Below are positions 60,022-64,000 of a DNA stretch of 64,000 bases, one piece after another. The first letter of the stretch is position 1. Every line of letters starts with the position of its first letter. The stretch comes from an uncultured Chlamydiae bacterium (GTDB lineage: Bacteria > Chlamydiota > Chlamydiia > Chlamydiales > SM23-39). Made by a program: the position numbers and the translations under genes. The stretch spans positions 1,600,001 to 1,664,000 of the forward strand of contig CAWHDP010000002.1 of the NCBI GenBank assembly GCA_963828125.1. The letters are read 5' to 3'. The notes beneath the pieces are model-generated. The model did not search any database, was not told the DNA's origin, and saw only the letters and a list, made by a program, of their open reading frames with translations.

Positions 60022-60995
60022 CTCTAATGCCAGCAGTTTTAGATCTTCCAGTCCCCTCTCATTTGGACACCTATGAGCAGGCCGCATCATTCAAGACCAA
60101 TTTGGTTTGGAAGCAATTGGATGAAACCTCTGTAGAGGAGGCCCTCTCCTATTGGCTACCGACTTTGAGTCCAAAGACTCAGCTGAACTATAGATCTGGC
60201 ATCAAAAAGCTGATTGAACTCGGATGGCTTAATCCCCTTATGAGTTTGCAGCAATTTGCTTTGGTCAACCATGAAGGCGTAATCGACCGCATTAAACTCT
60301 TCCAGGATTGGGCTGAGACTACTAGACAGGCACGGGCAGCCTGCTACATCTCGTTTACTGGATTTTTAAGCCGCCGTCTTCAGGGTGTTATAAAAAAGGC
60401 CGTTCCAAGCAGGGAAGGCAATGCAAAGACGTTCTTCAGTGTATATGAGAAGGTGAAAACGAATGCGATGACTCAGGCGCAGTGGATTTTATTCTTCAGG
60501 GAATTGGAGAAAATCAACCCTCGCGACTGCCTGATTGGAAAGATCATCTTGCAAGGAGGAAAGAGGGTTAACGAGGTGCTGTCTTTGCAAACCAGTCAAA
60601 TCGATTGGGATCGCTGCGAGATTACCTTTGCTCAGTCGAAAATGAGAAGGCTTAAGAAAGAGACTGTGATTACATATCCAGAGAGCATCATGAAACGGCT
60701 TAGAGAATACATTGGGGAAAGAACCGGTCACGTATTTGTAACCAGATCAGGAAAGCCCGTTATGATGAATCAGCTAGCCATGACTTTTGCAAAGGCTGGC
60801 AGGGCTGCCGGTATTCCATTCAAAGTTTCTCCTCATGTGCTGAGGGCTTCTGCTGTGACCTACCTTAAGCAGCAAGGTTTCCAAGACAGCGATATCATGA
60901 GAGTCACTGGCCATTCCACATCGGAAATGGTTTTTGCCTATGACAAGTCCTCGCGTGCAGATAATGCGAGTAAAAAAGTAAACTTAATATCCTAG
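60018..60995 (+). CDS. Tyrosine recombinase, homologue of chlamydial plasmid Pgp8 (pGP8-D)
   Basis: QARAACYISFT, LQGGKRVNEVLSL, VFVTRSGK, IPFKVSPHVLRA, DSDIMRVTGH...FAYDKSSRADNASKK; catalytic R, HxxR, H and Y intact. Confidence 0.9.
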   Translation: MTLMPAVLDLPVPSHLDTYEQAASFKTNLVWKQLDETSVEEALSYWLPTLSPKTQLNYRSGIKKLIELGWLNPLMSLQQFALVNHEGVIDRIKLFQDWAETTRQARAACYISFTGFLSRRLQGVIKKAVPSREGNAKTFFSVYEKVKTNAMTQAQWILFFRELEKINPRDCLIGKIILQGGKRVNEVLSLQTSQIDWDRCEITFAQSKMRRLKKETVITYPESIMKRLREYIGERTGHVFVTRSGKPVMMNQLAMTFAKAGRAAGIPFKVSPHVLRASAVTYLKQQGFQDSDIMRVTGHSTSEMVFAYDKSSRADNASKKVNLIS

Positions 60996-61083
60996 GGGCT
61001 TTAATGAACGCGAATAGAAACAAAGCGCTTGACCCAAACAGTTACCGCAAATTTTTAGAATGAATTATAAAGGAAGTATCAAG

Positions 61084-61890
61084 ATGAAAAAATTTCTCGC
61101 TTTAAGCTTGCTCTGTTTTCAATGTATCTATGGGAATCAACCTCTTGAAGAGTACTTCTCATACGTTAAACAATTGGGCCAATCTAACGGAAATTATCGA
61201 GAAGGAGAAATTGAAATCGTCACTGACCTTACAGAAATTTCCAAGATCCAAAAAGTGCAGGAAAACCGTCTGCTACAAAAGGGATTTTCTGCAGATAAGG
61301 CATTAGAATTTAGCCGAATAGGTGTTGTAAATGAAGATCAGTATTGGATTTGGCTGCGCGATGCTGTCTATTTTCCTCAAGGAGTTCCAGGGACATACGA
61401 CCGACTGCTATGGAGAAGTGAATTAAAGGGTAAGTTTCCTGGGGTAGCTGTTTTGCCGATTTTGCCTTCTGGTCAGATCGTATTGATTTTAAACTATCGA
61501 CACGCTACGCGCTCTTGGGAGCTTGAACTTCCTCGAGGAGGAATGGAGTCTCAAGAAACGCTTGAAGAAGCAGCATTTCGCGAATTAAAAGAGGAAACGG
61601 GATTAGTAGCATCTTCTGTGGCTTTTTTAGGTGAAATAGCGACGGATACGGGAGTACATTCTTCCGTGATTCCAGTCTTTATCGGGAAAATCTCTACTCA
61701 AGAAGAGTCTAGCCCTGAATATTCTGAGGCAATTGCTGGCGTTATTTCTTTCACAAAAGATGAACTAAAAAAAGGCTTAGTACAGGGCTTTCTAGAGGTG
61801 TCTATCCAAGGCAAGAAAAAACAAATTCCAATTCGCGATGCATTTTTGACTTTTGCTTTGCTTCAAGCAGAATGTCGTAATTTGCTTTAG
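61084..61890 (+). CDS. NUDIX hydrolase (ADP-ribose pyrophosphatase-like) with signal peptide
   Basis: MKKFLALSLLCFQCIYG leader; canonical Nudix box GGMESQETLEEAAFRELKEETG. Confidence 0.85.
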   Translation: MKKFLALSLLCFQCIYGNQPLEEYFSYVKQLGQSNGNYREGEIEIVTDLTEISKIQKVQENRLLQKGFSADKALEFSRIGVVNEDQYWIWLRDAVYFPQGVPGTYDRLLWRSELKGKFPGVAVLPILPSGQIVLILNYRHATRSWELELPRGGMESQETLEEAAFRELKEETGLVASSVAFLGEIATDTGVHSSVIPVFIGKISTQEESSPEYSEAIAGVISFTKDELKKGLVQGFLEVSIQGKKKQIPIRDAFLTFALLQAECRNLL

Positions 61891-61917
61891 AGCCTCCATG
61901 CAACTGGATAAAATTAT

Positions 61918-62970
61918 ATGGAGGATTTTTTGAAATTATATATTCCAACCACAAGCTCACCAGCTTTAGAAAAGGCTAATTTTCCTATTTTTTCTCCGAA
62001 CCAGCTGCCGAGTGACTTAAAACTAAAAGAGGCTAGCTTTAGACCAGAAAACCCTAAGCGTGAATATCCAAGATGCTCGTTAAAACTGATGTTGAAAAGC
62101 GAAAGCACCGAAAAAGTGCTGTATATTAAAGAGTTCAACTATGATTGGGCACCCCCTGCTTATGATTGTCCTTCACTCTGGAAGAACCACGAAGCATTTG
62201 CAGCTGAAGATACGCCAGAACCTCAACCTCATTTGATCGAAAATGATGTGCTATGGATAGGCGTTAATTACAGAAATCAGAGAGCGGCCTCTATAACTAA
62301 GGACAGGACTACTATAGAGATGGTTGGCGATTTTTCAGATCTGGAATTTATTCACATTGCTGAAGGTCTAAAAGCCCTTGATAAAGATCAACGAGGACGA
62401 ATTCTCTCAAAGAGTTTTGCGGAACTGAGCTATGGGTATCCAAGGGCGGTGGAAGCTGTAAATGTCCCCATAAGCTTTTGGAAATTTCCAGTGGAGGGTA
62501 GTCAAATAAAATTTCAGACGGCTTTTATGAAGCCTAATATTCCGACGGAAGCGATTGTAGGCCACCTGCCATTACCAAGCGACAGCAGCTACAAATTGGA
62601 CTCTGTTTTCTCCTACCATTCTGGAAATGCTCCATCAGAAGATAGTCGGTATAATTTTATCTATGAACATGAAGAACACAAAGGGCATACAATCCAGCTG
62701 CAACACGTGCATAAAGACTCCCCTGCTGCATGTGCATTCCCTCCAGTTCCAGATAAAACTCAGAAATTTAAGACCATGTCGAAGAAAGTTGGTGGCATAG
62801 ATTGTTACTATGCATATAGATCAGAAAGTTACGGTCCACATGAGCTTATCTTCCAGCGCGAAAATTTCAGATATCTAATGCTGGTTAAGCCTGCAAGTTG
62901 GACGAGCAGAGAATGGTTTTTTAAGTTTTTAGGGATTTTCCTCAAATGCCATGATGGGTCTATTATCTAG
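61918..62970 (+). CDS. Hypothetical protein
   Basis: 350-aa ORF co-oriented with the NUDIX gene; no family recognised. Confidence 0.7.
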   Translation: MEDFLKLYIPTTSSPALEKANFPIFSPNQLPSDLKLKEASFRPENPKREYPRCSLKLMLKSESTEKVLYIKEFNYDWAPPAYDCPSLWKNHEAFAAEDTPEPQPHLIENDVLWIGVNYRNQRAASITKDRTTIEMVGDFSDLEFIHIAEGLKALDKDQRGRILSKSFAELSYGYPRAVEAVNVPISFWKFPVEGSQIKFQTAFMKPNIPTEAIVGHLPLPSDSSYKLDSVFSYHSGNAPSEDSRYNFIYEHEEHKGHTIQLQHVHKDSPAACAFPPVPDKTQKFKTMSKKVGGIDCYYAYRSESYGPHELIFQRENFRYLMLVKPASWTSREWFFKFLGIFLKCHDGSII

Positions 62971-63013
62971 AAGAAATACGAAAATTTAATGAAGCAAAAT
63001 CAGAGGCAAAGCA

Positions 63014-63532
63014 TTAGAGATTCTCTTTTAGAGCATCTCTAATCTGAAAAAGAATGGATTCTTCAAGCTCAAAAGACCGGTCATACGGGGCATAGTTTGA
63101 CCCCCAACGAGTATCTTTAAAGATGACCCCGGCAAACTCGCGCGAACCTTCGTAGCGCGGCACGATATGTACATGGATGGCTGGAGAGGTGTTACTTAAG
63201 GCTGCATAGTTCATTTTGTCCGGTTGGAAAAGAGTTTTAAGAGCAGCTTTGACATCCGCCCCTATCTGGAAAAACTCATCGCGAGCCTCCCCTTCTATGG
63301 CCAGAAAATCTTCCACCCCCTTCTCATTCTTGAGAAGGACAAAGACACGCCCCAAGTAGCATTGGTTTTCATGGAGATATAGATCCCAATGTTTGTAGGA
63401 TTTGATTTTCAAAAGTTCGTAGTCCACGTTACTCTCCTTCTCTTGTACATGAGAGGCCGCCTGCATTGGAGTGGCCCAAGTTATGCAAAAGGCACCAAGA
63501 ATAAGAAACAAATAATTTCTGAAACGGCGCAT
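63014..63532 (-). CDS. HIT family nucleotide hydrolase with signal peptide
   Basis: NQCYLGR, FQPDKMNYAALSN, AIHVHIVPRY; N-terminal hydrophobic leader. Confidence 0.8.
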   Translation of the reverse strand: MRRFRNYLFLILGAFCITWATPMQAASHVQEKESNVDYELLKIKSYKHWDLYLHENQCYLGRVFVLLKNEKGVEDFLAIEGEARDEFFQIGADVKAALKTLFQPDKMNYAALSNTSPAIHVHIVPRYEGSREFAGVIFKDTRWGSNYAPYDRSFELEESILFQIRDALKENL

Positions 63533-63729
63533 AATTGTAATCATTACTTTAAACACATGAATAATTGAATGATAAACGATCAACTTAGATCAAAACAATA
63601 CATAAAAACATTTTTTTCTCTAAATCTTCAAAACCTTCCCAACGGGATTGGATGGGTAGGTTTTGATGACTACGGATCTAATTGGGAAACAGCTGTTTCC
63701 CTATTTTCAACTTATTCAATGTCAGTGGA

Positions 63730-64000
63730 TTAAATGTTTTTAAACAAATCATCTAGGATCGCCTCGTTGGAGATAAGCTCTTCCGAATACATAGTGGGTT
63801 TTAAGCCCATCGTGGTGATCATAGAGAAAAAGAGCTGTTTTTTTGTCTTCGTTTGTTTCCTAAACACTTCCATTTTCTTTAAAATTTCTTGTGCACAGGA
63901 TTTGTCGATAGCGAATGGTTTGTCCGAATATTTAATTTCGCAAAGAGTAATCGCCCCATCCAGTCGATCAAAAAGAAGGTCTATTTGTGCTCCATCTTCT
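63730..64000 (-). CDS. C-terminus of an AAA ATPase / PD-(D/E)xK fusion protein, partial
   Basis: Hand translation: EDGAQIDLLFDRLDGAITLCEIKYSDKPFAIDK...MITTMGLK...LDDLFKNI*. Confidence 0.75.
   Translation of the reverse strand, partial: EDGAQIDLLFDRLDGAITLCEIKYSDKPFAIDKSCAQEILKKMEVFRKQTKTKKQLFFSMITTMGLKPTMYSEELISNEAILDDLFKNI

Noticed and set aside
1..64000. CRISPR array or cas genes
   Set aside because: No regularly spaced direct repeats and no Cas motifs seen; the repeats present are IS ends, hairpins and one microsatellite

Overview
Bacterial chromosomal window, most likely from an environmental member of the phylum Chlamydiae. Support: chlamydia-type sigma66 RpoD, SecA and MreC; gene neighbourhoods rpsT-rpoD, tyrB/aspC-mreC, glgC-metallophosphoesterase, lipA-lpdA and secA-psd-nth-mnmE; and a close homologue of chlamydial plasmid protein Pgp8. 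Bases 1 to ~27.9 kb are mostly housekeeping genes with small AT-rich insertions (kinase-like proteins, a tandem paralog pair, palindromic mini-elements) and tRNA-Ala(GGC). A 3275-aa DUF3638-type protein follows (27.9-37.8 kb). From ~37.8 kb to the end the DNA is visibly more AT-rich and accessory. It holds GH3 NagZ, an unannotated orphan polymorphic-toxin tip with candidate immunity genes, two type IV (AbiE-like) toxin-antitoxin loci with palindromic operators, and a displaced 3' half of tRNA-Phe (att-like). It also holds a truncated Mrr-like nuclease, nested ISAs1/IS21/IS5 elements and a 170-bp MITE, a phage methylase-terS-terL packaging trio with no portal or capsid, and signal-peptide-bearing NUDIX/HIT hydrolases. 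The Pgp8-like tyrosine recombinase is preceded by a perfect 11-6-11 dif-like site. The best candidate for an undescribed system is this tRNA-Phe-anchored hybrid island: plasmid recombinase plus candidate cognate site, phage terminase and defence genes. All family assignments come from motif recognition by eye; no database searches were run.
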